This document shows, piece after piece, positions 10,740 through 19,240 of a stretch of 64,000 nt of DNA. A program made the translations under genes and the position numbers. Each line of letters opens with the position of its first letter. Position 1 is the stretch's first letter. This stretch comes from Phycisphaeraceae bacterium (lineage in GTDB: Bacteria > Planctomycetota > Phycisphaerae > Phycisphaerales > Phycisphaeraceae): NCBI GenBank assembly GCA_963674705.1, contig OY771506.1:3648001-3712000 (forward strand). The letters are read 5' to 3'. The notes under the pieces were generated by a model. That model had not been told where the DNA came from and did no database searches. It saw only the letters and a program-made list of their open reading frames with translations.

Positions 10740-12626
10740 CTACTTCCGCCGCATCACCCAGGGGATTCCAACCAACATCACCAACCCCACCCCCGGCTCC
10801 GGGATCACATCCGCCACCGGTGGCGTACCCGAGTTCCAATTATTAAGCACCGCATCCAGATCATCCAAACCGACGAATCCGTCACCGCTGTAATCGCCGG
10901 CCAAGGCATCACCATAAGCAACATCCTGGTTCCAATGATCCAACACGATATCAAGGTCATCCAGCCCGACGTAGCCATCGCTGTTCAGGTCGCCGGGGAT
11001 GCTGACCGAAGCCAGAAAGATGCCTTCAGTGCCGTCTGTAAATGTAAGGTGAAATACAATCTGGCCGTTATCGTTGAATGCCCTGGGCAATCCAGTATTA
11101 TCTCCGGCATTATTCCGCCGCCCTGTTTCAGGATCGGTTTCTTGGCCCACTAATTCGATTTCACTGACGGTACGCAGGTCTTCGATGAGGGGATCGTCGT
11201 TGACATCAAATAACATGCCGGTCGCTGTGATCAATTGCGGCAGGCCATTCCGGTCAGTTACGAAGAGACCGGTATCTTCACCTATCGTAAAGTCCACTCC
11301 GTCTAAACTTGAAACAAAAGCAACCTGACCCGCCCCGTTCAAATAGAACTGCCTCATGTAATGCAGCGAACCCTCCTCGACACCCGGAATTCTACGGCTG
11401 GTCTGAATAATAGGTATCAACTCGCCGTGGTCTTCGATCCAAATCCCAACATAACTATAATCAACTTGCGGGTCATAGAAGGAGCATTTAAATGCAATCT
11501 GACCAGCCTGGTTGATGACCGGATTGCCGATAATGCGTACCAGTTCTACGTCCCGCACAAGACCAGGCAGAATGTCTCCGGGCTCCGCGACCAAACGTGT
11601 CGAGCCATTTTCGTATTGCCACATCGCCTCATAAGGAGAGGATTGATCGTATTCCGATGTAAATACAACGCTGCCCGTTGAATTGATGGCTACATCTCTG
11701 AAGTAGGCGAATACTCCACCCGCATCTAGGCCGGGTGCGGGATCACCTTGGCGTGCGATCAGTTTCAGTGACGAAGGCTGGCCCGCCCACAAACCAAATG
11801 TGTAGCCTGACAAACTATCCGGATCTGACATCGAAGCACGGATGATTACTTGTCCGGAATCACCAATCTGCACATGACTGAAAACAAGAATGGTTGACCC
11901 ATCTGATGTATCCGGCGCATCCTGGCCTCTTCGTAGTACTGTTTGCAGGGAACTGCCGTCATAGATCGATATGGCCCAATCGTTTGTCGTGTCAATACCC
12001 GTGCCCGACACTTGGTACTGAACTAGTGTTTGACCCGAGTTCGTAAACAGGGGTGCGTAGATTTTCTCAACAACGACATCCGAACCGAATTCGGGTACAA
12101 GATCACCATCGCGAATCACTTTATCCAACCCATCGGCCCCGGTTGTCAAGATCGCTTGATCGTTTGTTCCAACGATACTCGTACCGTAATAAAGTGCCCC
12201 GAACGAAATACTTCCTTGATCATTCAAAACCAGATTGTAGCTGCGCCACCGGGAATCAGCGGGTGAGAAGTTATTGCCACCAGATATACTCAAATAGACA
12301 TCCGATCCTTCACCTGGGACTTCGCTATAGAAGTTGGCGATCATTTCAGGCGACTCAATGTCACCCGCCCACAGGCTGTTCGTCTGGTTCCACGAGGATG
12401 TCGAAATAACATAGGCCACCTCGCCGGCATTATTGATCACCGGCAGACTCACGCCCAAGACCGTCGTGTACGGCCCGATTTCAGGCACTGGATAACCAAC
12501 CATCGAAATCGTCTGATAGCTCACGGCCGCTCCGCATGGTTGCGTTGTGGCAACATTGACCAACAGAACCAGCGAAAGAATGATACAAGTGACGCTATGA
12601 ATCCGGATTCTAAATACCGCTGACAT
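10740..12626 (-). CDS. Secreted NxxGxxAF-repeat protein with dockerin-like module and PEP-CTERM tail
   Basis: Signal peptide; repeats INNAGEVAY, LNDQGSISF, INSTGSVVF, INQAGQIAF, LNGAGQVAF, FNDNGQIVF; two GDxxxDG(Y/F)VGLDDLD motifs; VIPEP-TM-RRK. Confidence 0.85.
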   Translation of the reverse strand: MSAVFRIRIHSVTCIILSLVLLVNVATTQPCGAAVSYQTISMVGYPVPEIGPYTTVLGVSLPVINNAGEVAYVISTSSWNQTNSLWAGDIESPEMIANFYSEVPGEGSDVYLSISGGNNFSPADSRWRSYNLVLNDQGSISFGALYYGTSIVGTNDQAILTTGADGLDKVIRDGDLVPEFGSDVVVEKIYAPLFTNSGQTLVQYQVSGTGIDTTNDWAISIYDGSSLQTVLRRGQDAPDTSDGSTILVFSHVQIGDSGQVIIRASMSDPDSLSGYTFGLWAGQPSSLKLIARQGDPAPGLDAGGVFAYFRDVAINSTGSVVFTSEYDQSSPYEAMWQYENGSTRLVAEPGDILPGLVRDVELVRIIGNPVINQAGQIAFKCSFYDPQVDYSYVGIWIEDHGELIPIIQTSRRIPGVEEGSLHYMRQFYLNGAGQVAFVSSLDGVDFTIGEDTGLFVTDRNGLPQLITATGMLFDVNDDPLIEDLRTVSEIELVGQETDPETGRRNNAGDNTGLPRAFNDNGQIVFHLTFTDGTEGIFLASVSIPGDLNSDGYVGLDDLDIVLDHWNQDVAYGDALAGDYSGDGFVGLDDLDAVLNNWNSGTPPVADVIPEPGVGLVMLVGIPWVMRRK

Positions 12627-12720
12627 GTTGGTCCTCCCGGGATGACTGAAGTCCCCGCAGATTCAAAATAGAGAAGTTAGTGTGAGGACTATTTTACCTG
12701 CTGTGACATGAAATGCACGC

Positions 12721-13956
12721 TTAATCCGGCAAAGCCTGTGCTAAATCCAGGTAAACCCCGTCCTTCACCACGTCCCCCTCGTCCGGCCGTTTTCGTAATT
12801 CTTTAATCAATTCCCCCAGCTTCCCATGCACCGGCGCGGTGAACGTCATCGGCTCGTTGGTTTCCGGATGCTTCATCCGCAACATCGCCGCGTGCAATGC
12901 CGGCGTGTCCATGAGCATGTCGTCGCGCTGCGCCGCCTCGGCTTCCATGCGCTGACCTTCTTCTTTCGATCTCGCAAAAGTCAGGTGCGGTCTTGCTGCG
13001 GCGGGGTGGGGCGGGGTATCCAGTTCCGGGTATCCCACCGGCTCGCCGCCGTAGATGATGTCGCCGACCAATGGATGACCGATGTATGACATGTGCACAC
13101 GGATCTGATGCGTACGCCCTGTTTTCAATTCAAGCTCAACGAGCGAATACCCCTTATACCTTTCGCGCACACGATACAGCGTCACCGAATCACGGCTCGT
13201 TGAATCATGACGTACCGCCATCGCTTCGCGGATCGTCGGGTGTTTGCCGATCGGCTCATTGATCACACCGCCCGGCGGCTGCGGGCAGCCGTGCACGACC
13301 GCCAGATACACTTTTAAATTCGTGCGATCTTCAAACTGCTTCGCCAGCTTCCAGTGTTGTTCATCCTGCTTGGCGACGATGATGACGCCGGTCGTGTTCT
13401 TATCTAATCGATGGATCACGCCCGGCCGAGCATCTTCTTTGCCGACCTCGCTCAGCGCCGCACGCTCTTGCTCATTCTGCTGAAAGTGATATGCCAGCGC
13501 ATTGAGCAGCGTCCCGTTCAGGTGGCTGCGCGCCGGGTGCACGATCAATCCCGCCTGCTTGTTTACGACGACAAATCCCGGCTCCTCGTGCAGGATCTCA
13601 AGCGGGATCGGCTCCGGCTCAAGGTTCACCGCCGGCCTTGGCGGGATCAATACTTCAACACAATCGCCTTGCTTCAGCTTCGTGCTGGCCTTTGGCTGCT
13701 TGCCATTGACACTCACCCCGCCAAGCGAGATCAAGCGTTGGATCTGGTGTCGGCTGAACCCCTTGATCCGGTTCTGCAGAAACTTATCCAGCCGATGCTG
13801 CGAGTCTTTGCTCAGCGTATAGCTGACGCGCTCGACAGCGTCGTCCTGGAGTTCTTCCGGCAAATCTTGGGATAGCGGATCATCCGGCGCAGCGGGATCG
13901 ACATTCGGTTCCTGCGGCCCGTCTGGTTCGTTGTGTCCGGCTTTACGTTTGGACAT
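12721..13956 (-). CDS. rluD: RluA/RluD-family 23S rRNA pseudouridine synthase
   Basis: S4 domain (RLDKFL), VVNKQAGLIVHP, catalytic HRLDKNTTG, TGRTHQIRVH, HPLVGD. Confidence 0.9.
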   Translation of the reverse strand: MSKRKAGHNEPDGPQEPNVDPAAPDDPLSQDLPEELQDDAVERVSYTLSKDSQHRLDKFLQNRIKGFSRHQIQRLISLGGVSVNGKQPKASTKLKQGDCVEVLIPPRPAVNLEPEPIPLEILHEEPGFVVVNKQAGLIVHPARSHLNGTLLNALAYHFQQNEQERAALSEVGKEDARPGVIHRLDKNTTGVIIVAKQDEQHWKLAKQFEDRTNLKVYLAVVHGCPQPPGGVINEPIGKHPTIREAMAVRHDSTSRDSVTLYRVRERYKGYSLVELELKTGRTHQIRVHMSYIGHPLVGDIIYGGEPVGYPELDTPPHPAAARPHLTFARSKEEGQRMEAEAAQRDDMLMDTPALHAAMLRMKHPETNEPMTFTAPVHGKLGELIKELRKRPDEGDVVKDGVYLDLAQALPD

Positions 13957-14678
13957 CAGCCTGGGTCGGCCGGGGCAAGTGGATCAAGGCCCGGTAGTTC
14001 AACCGGTGCGGTTTCAGGGACCAGCACATCATCAACAGGCGCCGCCGGCATGCTTGGACTGCTGCTTTTAGCGAACACGATCGGCCGGGCTAACTCACCC
14101 AGCATACCTAGACGCACCTTCGCCTGTGAAGCGATGGCTTGCAGTTTCGCATCGGTAGCGATCTTTTCCGCCTGCTCCCAATACGTCTTGGCCGCGTCGA
14201 AGTCGCCGCGTGTCTCCGCAACATTCGCCAGGCCAAGCGCCGCGTTCGCCTTGTAGACCACCGGGGCGTCGGATTCAAGCACCTGCTTGTACATCGACTC
14301 GGCGGCGTCCAGCGATTCTTCCGGCTTCATCATGCCTGAATCGGCGGTGGCGTTCTCAGCTTCGTATTCGATCGCCTGCTTGTGATAAGCCTCGGCGCCG
14401 TATAGCCGCGCCAGGTAGGGGATCGCCGGGTGGCCCGGGTTGTCCTGGGCCCGTTCGCGGTAGCTCTGCGGCGTCGTCGTTGAAGCCAGGTCCGACCAGG
14501 AGACTTCATGCTTGCTCGCGGAGTAGCTCTGGTAATACCGGTAGCCGAACATCGACGCGACAGCCAGCAGGATAACGATCGAAACGCTGTTGCCGTGCTT
14601 GTTCCAGAACGTCCCGAAGTTCTGTAGAAAATCATACAGATCGTTGTCTTTAAGTTCGTGTCTCTCTTTGGCGTCCAT
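13956..14678 (-). CDS. YfgM-like single-TM tetratricopeptide-repeat protein
   Basis: MDAKERHELKDNDL...one TM helix...AALGLANVAETRGDFDAAKTYW. Start set to ATG 14678; the stop overlaps the rluD start. Confidence 0.7.
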   Translation of the reverse strand: MDAKERHELKDNDLYDFLQNFGTFWNKHGNSVSIVILLAVASMFGYRYYQSYSASKHEVSWSDLASTTTPQSYRERAQDNPGHPAIPYLARLYGAEAYHKQAIEYEAENATADSGMMKPEESLDAAESMYKQVLESDAPVVYKANAALGLANVAETRGDFDAAKTYWEQAEKIATDAKLQAIASQAKVRLGMLGELARPIVFAKSSSPSMPAAPVDDVLVPETAPVELPGLDPLAPADPG

Positions 14679-14731
14679 AACTAAGTAGGTCCGTCGTTCT
14701 TTCTTGGTGTGATTGATAATAGCAGGGGGGA

Positions 14732-15211
14732 TCAACGCGGCGTCATGTAGACTTCGATCGTCGCTTTGCCGTGACGTTCGCTGAGCCGGATGCCCAGCGC
14801 CTCGTTGCCCTTGGTGTAATGCAAGCTTGTCGAGCCGTCCTCGAAGGTCTGCCTCTCGACCTTTTGCCAATCAAACAGCGGTAACTGCTGCTGATAGAAC
14901 AGCACGGTCTCCGCCGCGGCAGCCCGGCCCTGGTAGACATGGGTCACCGTCCGCGACACGCCGTCGAACGAACTGCTGCACTGGCTCTTCACCGCTTTGA
15001 ATCCGATGGGCATCGGCACATCCGGAATCGGGGACGGGCTCTGCGCCACCAGTCCCGGTCCGGTGCGGTGCGGCAGATATTCGCCGTCATCCGACCACGA
15101 CACCACCGGCACCTGGAACGGCACCTTCTCGACAGGATCGGTTCGGCAGCCGGCCAGGAACATCGGCGACAGCACGGCTACGAAAGCTAACACTTTTGTT
15201 GTCATGTCCAT
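14732..15211 (-). CDS. Hypothetical lipoprotein
   Basis: Signal peptide with lipobox FLAGC. Start at ATG 15211 or 15205. Confidence 0.7.
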   Translation of the reverse strand: MDMTTKVLAFVAVLSPMFLAGCRTDPVEKVPFQVPVVSWSDDGEYLPHRTGPGLVAQSPSPIPDVPMPIGFKAVKSQCSSSFDGVSRTVTHVYQGRAAAAETVLFYQQQLPLFDWQKVERQTFEDGSTSLHYTKGNEALGIRLSERHGKATIEVYMTPR

Positions 15212-15369
15212 AGGGCTTTTCCGTGGGAGTCCAATACAAAGTGTAAGACCCCACTCGCCCGCGGGCAAACTCACCCCATTTTCACACGACACCCATGTCA
15301 GGGATATCTCTTTCACACGCCGAAAAAAAGCCCCCGATGGCATCGCGGGTCTTCCGTATAACGCAGGAA

Positions 15370-15437
15370 GTAGGTCCGGGCCTGCCCGGACATTGCGGAA
15401 TTGATATTTGATTTTGTCCGGGCAGGCCTGGACCTAC
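15370..15437. repeat. Inverted REP doublet (GTAG-type, family A)
   Basis: GTAGGTCCGGGCCTGCCCGGACA (15370-15392) and inverted TGTCCGGGCAGGCCTGGACCTAC (15415-15437). Confidence 0.8.
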
Positions 15438-15495
15438 GAATCTTCACCCGTTTTTCGCGGCAGCTTGCTGCCGCATATGCCAACCCGCATAACCA

Positions 15496-17037
15496 TTAAT
15501 CCCCATCCGGTGCCGTAATCCCCGGCCAATTATCCGTCCGGAACGGCGACGCAGGCAAACCTTCCTTATTCATCAGGTTCGTCCAGCTCGGATTGTCCGC
15601 CCAGCCGTACCTGACCGACACGGGCTTCTTGTACCGGTCCGACACCACGATCAGCTTGTCGCCGTCAATCTCCGCCGTCGCCCAGCGGAAACTCTTGGAT
15701 TCATCCGTAATCACCAGACCGCGCACGGGCCCGCCGTCGCTGGTCGCAAGCCCCGACCCGGCATGATCGAAGTGGATGATGACCTTCTCGCCATCGAATT
15801 CCGCCTCGCGATACATCGGGCCCATCGGCACCACATCCTTGCCGTAGGCCGTCCCCAACGCCCATTGTGCCAGGCGGTTGCCCACCGTCAGCTTGTCCGT
15901 CGGGTGGATGTCCGTGGGGTTGCCCACATCCGTAGTCACCACGAGACCCGTGTTCGGCACGGTTTGAAGTGTCATCAATTGCGCCTCACGCAGTTCCGGC
16001 CAGCTCCATTCACAAGGTGGGAAACGCGGATCAAAGTAATTCGCCAATTGCACGATCCCGAACGGGAAGTCACCCTGGCCCCAACGCGAACGCCAGTCTT
16101 CGATCATCACAGGCAGCAGCTTGCGGTATTGGTACGACCGCCAGACATTCGATTCACCCTGGTACCAGATCGCGCCGCGGATGCCGTAGGGGATCAGCGG
16201 ATTGATCATCCCATCAAATAACCCCGTCGGCTTGTGCCGGTTGTATGCAGAGAAGGGCAGCGCCGGTTCCTTCGGCGGCTCCTTGCCCGCAGCCTTCGCG
16301 GCCGCCGCTTCCTTACGCCACTGCACCATCGCGTCGTCGTACGCCGCCTGTTTCTCCGCCTTCTCACGCAGGATCGATTGCAGTTCCGGTTCAGCCGCCA
16401 GCGCTTCGGTGCTGGTCCATGCCTGTGCGGGTGTTCCGCCGTAAGCCGTGTGGATCAGCCCGATCGGCACGTTCAGTTCATCATTTAGCTTGATGCCGAA
16501 GAAGTAGCCGACCGCGGAGATATCCTTCGCGTTCTCCGGCGAATTGGTCCGCCACTTACCTTCACAATCATCCTCGGGCTTGTCCGCCACGTGACGCTCG
16601 ACCTTGAACAGCCGGACCTTCGGATACTTCACCGTCTCGGTTAACGCCTCTTCCGCGTTATGCGCCTTGTCCAGCCGAAAGTCCATGTTCGACTGGCCCG
16701 TGCACAGCCAGACCTCGCCGACCAGGACATCTTTGAATGTGACCGACGATGCCTTGCCTTCGACCGTCAACTCGAACGGCCCACCGGCGTCCATCGCCTT
16801 CAGGTCGACGCGCCATTTGCCCGCATCGTTGGCCATGGCCTTGGCGGATTTGCCGTCCAGGCTGACCGTCACCGACTCGCCCGGATCGGCCCAGCCCCAG
16901 ACCGGGATCGCGATATCGCGTTGAAGCACCATGTGATCCCCGAAGATCGCGGGCATCCGGACTTCAGCAAGCGTGGTGGTGCAGATAAGTGTCCAAACCG
17001 CGAGCGCGGCCACGATAGAGAGGGTCTGTCGTTTCAT
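15496..17037 (-). CDS. Sialate O-acetylesterase family protein (SGNH)
   Basis: Signal peptide, FGDHMVLQR, VGEVWLCTGQSNM, GAIWYQGESN, DIHP. Start set at MKRQTL (17037). Confidence 0.9.
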   Translation of the reverse strand: MKRQTLSIVAALAVWTLICTTTLAEVRMPAIFGDHMVLQRDIAIPVWGWADPGESVTVSLDGKSAKAMANDAGKWRVDLKAMDAGGPFELTVEGKASSVTFKDVLVGEVWLCTGQSNMDFRLDKAHNAEEALTETVKYPKVRLFKVERHVADKPEDDCEGKWRTNSPENAKDISAVGYFFGIKLNDELNVPIGLIHTAYGGTPAQAWTSTEALAAEPELQSILREKAEKQAAYDDAMVQWRKEAAAAKAAGKEPPKEPALPFSAYNRHKPTGLFDGMINPLIPYGIRGAIWYQGESNVWRSYQYRKLLPVMIEDWRSRWGQGDFPFGIVQLANYFDPRFPPCEWSWPELREAQLMTLQTVPNTGLVVTTDVGNPTDIHPTDKLTVGNRLAQWALGTAYGKDVVPMGPMYREAEFDGEKVIIHFDHAGSGLATSDGGPVRGLVITDESKSFRWATAEIDGDKLIVVSDRYKKPVSVRYGWADNPSWTNLMNKEGLPASPFRTDNWPGITAPDGD

Positions 17038-17135
17038 ACCCAAGACTATAACCTGACACTTCCAACAACCCCATGTCCATTTTGGACATGGTCTTTGCAA
17101 ACATGGATGTACATCCGGTTTGGCATCCCAAAACC

Positions 17136-17200
17136 GTAGGCCCGGCCCCCGGACATGGGTGCATCCCCTGTTATCTGCGTCCGGGCAGGGCCGGACCTAC
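17136..17200. repeat. Inverted REP doublet (family A)
   Basis: GTAGGCCCGGCCCCCGGACA (17136-17155) and GTCCGGGCAGGGCCGGACCTAC (17179-17200). Same family as 15370-15437. Confidence 0.75.
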
Positions 17201-17277
17201 AAGCGTCCTCAAGGCGGTTTGTTAGCGGCACACTTGGCTGGCGATGAATGGCGGTGTGTGATTCAATGGACATCCGT

Positions 17278-17309
17278 GGTGGGTTGCGCTTCGCTTGACC
17301 GCACCCTAT
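17278..17309 (-). repeat. GTAG-type REP (family B)
   Basis: GGTGGGTTGCGCTTCGCTTGACCGCACCCTAT, near-identical to 53492-53523. Confidence 0.8.
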
Positions 17310-17328
17310 ACCGGAGTGGGGACCTATG

Positions 17329-18303
17329 CTACTTGCTGTCTCCCCCAACCGTTTTCCCGAGCATAGTAACTTCATCTAACAGATAGGTACCCGGTGGCAG
17401 TTTCTTGGCTACATCAAACTCATCATCACTCACCTCGGTATTGATCTGAAGAGCGAAGCTCCCATCTTCTTGTTCCAACACGTCGAATTGATGTTGGTGC
17501 GTAGCGGCCTCATCTTTCACGCCGAAGTAAGAACGGATCCCCTTTACGGCAAACCATTGGCCGCCGATCTCCGCGACCTCGCTAACCTCATATATCACAC
17601 GGGGGTACCCTTTCCCAAGCCAAAGCTCCTGCCGCAAAGGAACAAAACCCCTTTCCGGGTCCAGCCAAAGACTCACAAGTTTCCGATCCTTGAGTTCTTC
17701 ATTGGGATATAGGTCAACCACGTAACACTGCCGGCCGCCAATGGGCTCCATCGCTTCTCGCAGTCGAGCACCTGGCGCACTAAGCCAGGTGGAAGCGCTG
17801 GCATCTAGCAAGCTGTAAATATTTTTAGTATCTCCTCCATGCGGAAGATTAAGAAGATTGAAGTTGAAGAACTCACTGTTATACCGATTGGCGGCTTGCG
17901 GCCTACTCTTCAAAACAATTGCTTGTGAATTATGCACGGTATAATCAACCGAGCGATTCCCATCAAACCCGACTATCCGATGGAATTTCAGGTTGTCGAT
18001 ATCCTGGCGCCATCCATAGTTCATATCTCTGACTATTTTATCGCCCTTAACTATAGTTGTTTCGCGTTGGTGTACGAGCACTTCACCTTCAGGCACAACG
18101 GTTGCATTGTACGTGTACGTAACCGTAAGATTCTCTATCATTGAGCGATTGGCATCAACAATTGCATGTATGTCTGTCAACGAAAGATCGGCTCTAGGAT
18201 CTACTGGCCAAGCCGGCTCTGCATAAAAAAGGTTTGCTGTTAAAGCAATCATGCACGCTATTAGGCAGCTATTCGCTGTTATATTCAACCGGCTCAGCTT
18301 CAT
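17329..18303 (-). CDS. Hypothetical secreted protein, possibly LolA/RseB-like beta fold
   Basis: Signal-like N-terminus; EPIGGRQCYVVD...LWLDPERGFVPLR pattern seen in LolA-like proteins; AT-richer composition. Confidence 0.65.
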   Translation of the reverse strand: MKLSRLNITANSCLIACMIALTANLFYAEPAWPVDPRADLSLTDIHAIVDANRSMIENLTVTYTYNATVVPEGEVLVHQRETTIVKGDKIVRDMNYGWRQDIDNLKFHRIVGFDGNRSVDYTVHNSQAIVLKSRPQAANRYNSEFFNFNLLNLPHGGDTKNIYSLLDASASTWLSAPGARLREAMEPIGGRQCYVVDLYPNEELKDRKLVSLWLDPERGFVPLRQELWLGKGYPRVIYEVSEVAEIGGQWFAVKGIRSYFGVKDEAATHQHQFDVLEQEDGSFALQINTEVSDDEFDVAKKLPPGTYLLDEVTMLGKTVGGDSK

Positions 18304-18388
18304 AATATTACCTGTTCAGTAATGAATGCTAGAGAATGTATTATCTGCCGCATGTAAGTCATATTAATGGCTATGGATTTAATTGTTT

Positions 18389-18583
18389 TTAAGCATTGGG
18401 TGCCCGTGTTGGGTAAGAGTGGTTCAGACTTGGCCCGCCTTGTAATTTATAGCAGCTAATACCAGCGGTATATACCTTGTCAATTCCGCCCAGCCAACTA
18501 TAGCATGAGGATATAATAATTATGGGGCACCCGTGATTTGTAATCCTCCCATCCTTATCACATCTAAAAGTAGAGGGTTTCAT
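18389..18583 (-). CDS. Possible small Cys-containing ORF or gene remnant
   Basis: 64-aa ORF with 4 Cys, same strand and same AT-rich composition as the downstream 324-aa gene. No signal peptide. Confidence 0.25.
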   Translation of the reverse strand: MKPSTFRCDKDGRITNHGCPIIIISSCYSWLGGIDKVYTAGISCYKLQGGPSLNHSYPTRAPNA

Positions 18584-18698
18584 GCTCCGTGGGGATTAGG
18601 GGTGGCGAGATGCCGGGTGCCCGTCTTTGACCCGCAGGGCAAAGGCGGTTGACACAGAGCAGAACGCCCGGCCAGCAAGCAACATGGTTTGTCTTTTC

Positions 18699-18730
18699 GT
18701 AGGGTGGCGTTAAGCGAAGCGCAACCCACC
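18699..18730 (+). repeat. GTAG-type REP (family B)
   Basis: GTAGGGTGGCGTTAAGCGAAGCGCAACCCACC. Confidence 0.8.
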
Positions 18731-18841
18731 GCAGTCAAGTCGTGGCAGACGGATACAGATTCTCCTCGATGATACGGGGCGTGATCAACCGCGTCTTTCA
18801 TCATTCGTGCTTGGTCGTTCATTCGGCATTCACGCTTGCCT

Positions 18842-18893
18842 CGCTCGGCGCGGGTCTCCTGACCCTGCCGAAACACCCGACCGAAGGTCTCCC
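18842..18893 (-). repeat. Dispersed ~52-bp repeat (GGGAGACC...GGTCGGGAGACCCGCGCCGAGCG family)
   Basis: Reverse complement aligns with 41757-41808. Both translate as G(R/Q)ETRAER in shadow ORFs. Confidence 0.75.
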
Positions 18894-18944
18894 AATTCGG
18901 CATTCACGAATGCTCTATTCCGTGCATTCACAGGTATCCGGCTC

Positions 18945-19054
18945 ATATCCCAGCTAGATCCGGAGGCTTCCGCGGAGAGGGAGGCAGTGAAGACGGCTGT
19001 GCCAGGCTCGGCGCAGGGGCGTCTTCTTGGGTGTTCCGGGGGGGCTGGGGATAT
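18945..19054 (+). ncRNA. Candidate structured RNA (multi-stem junction), unassigned
   Basis: Nested complementary segments 18945-54/19044-54, 18960-64/19035-39, 18966-71/18980-85, 18989-95/19020-26, 18997-19003/19010-16. G-U pairs favour the + strand. Confidence 0.4.
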
Positions 19055-19240
19055 CACCCATAATTGCATAATATTGAGTCATTTAGACGATTATCAGCAG
19101 GTATGGCAGTGGTTTGCGATCCGGCGCATTTTGTATTTGCGACGCTTTGCTTGACCGTTTGCGACGGCCGTAAATAACGTGCTTGCAGGTGTTTGAGCGG
19201 CCTGTTCCTGTTAAGATAGTCACCCAAAGATGAGTACCCC

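Noticed and set aside
18580..18903. 107-aa ORF containing GQETRAER, and the similar ORF at 41666-41902
   Set aside because: These are translations of stacked intergenic repeats rather than genes.
18945..19054. Assignment of the structured element to SRP RNA, 6S RNA or tRNA
   Set aside because: No SRP GGAA-loop/AGCAG motif, shorter than a typical 6S, and no T-loop/CCA. Left unassigned.
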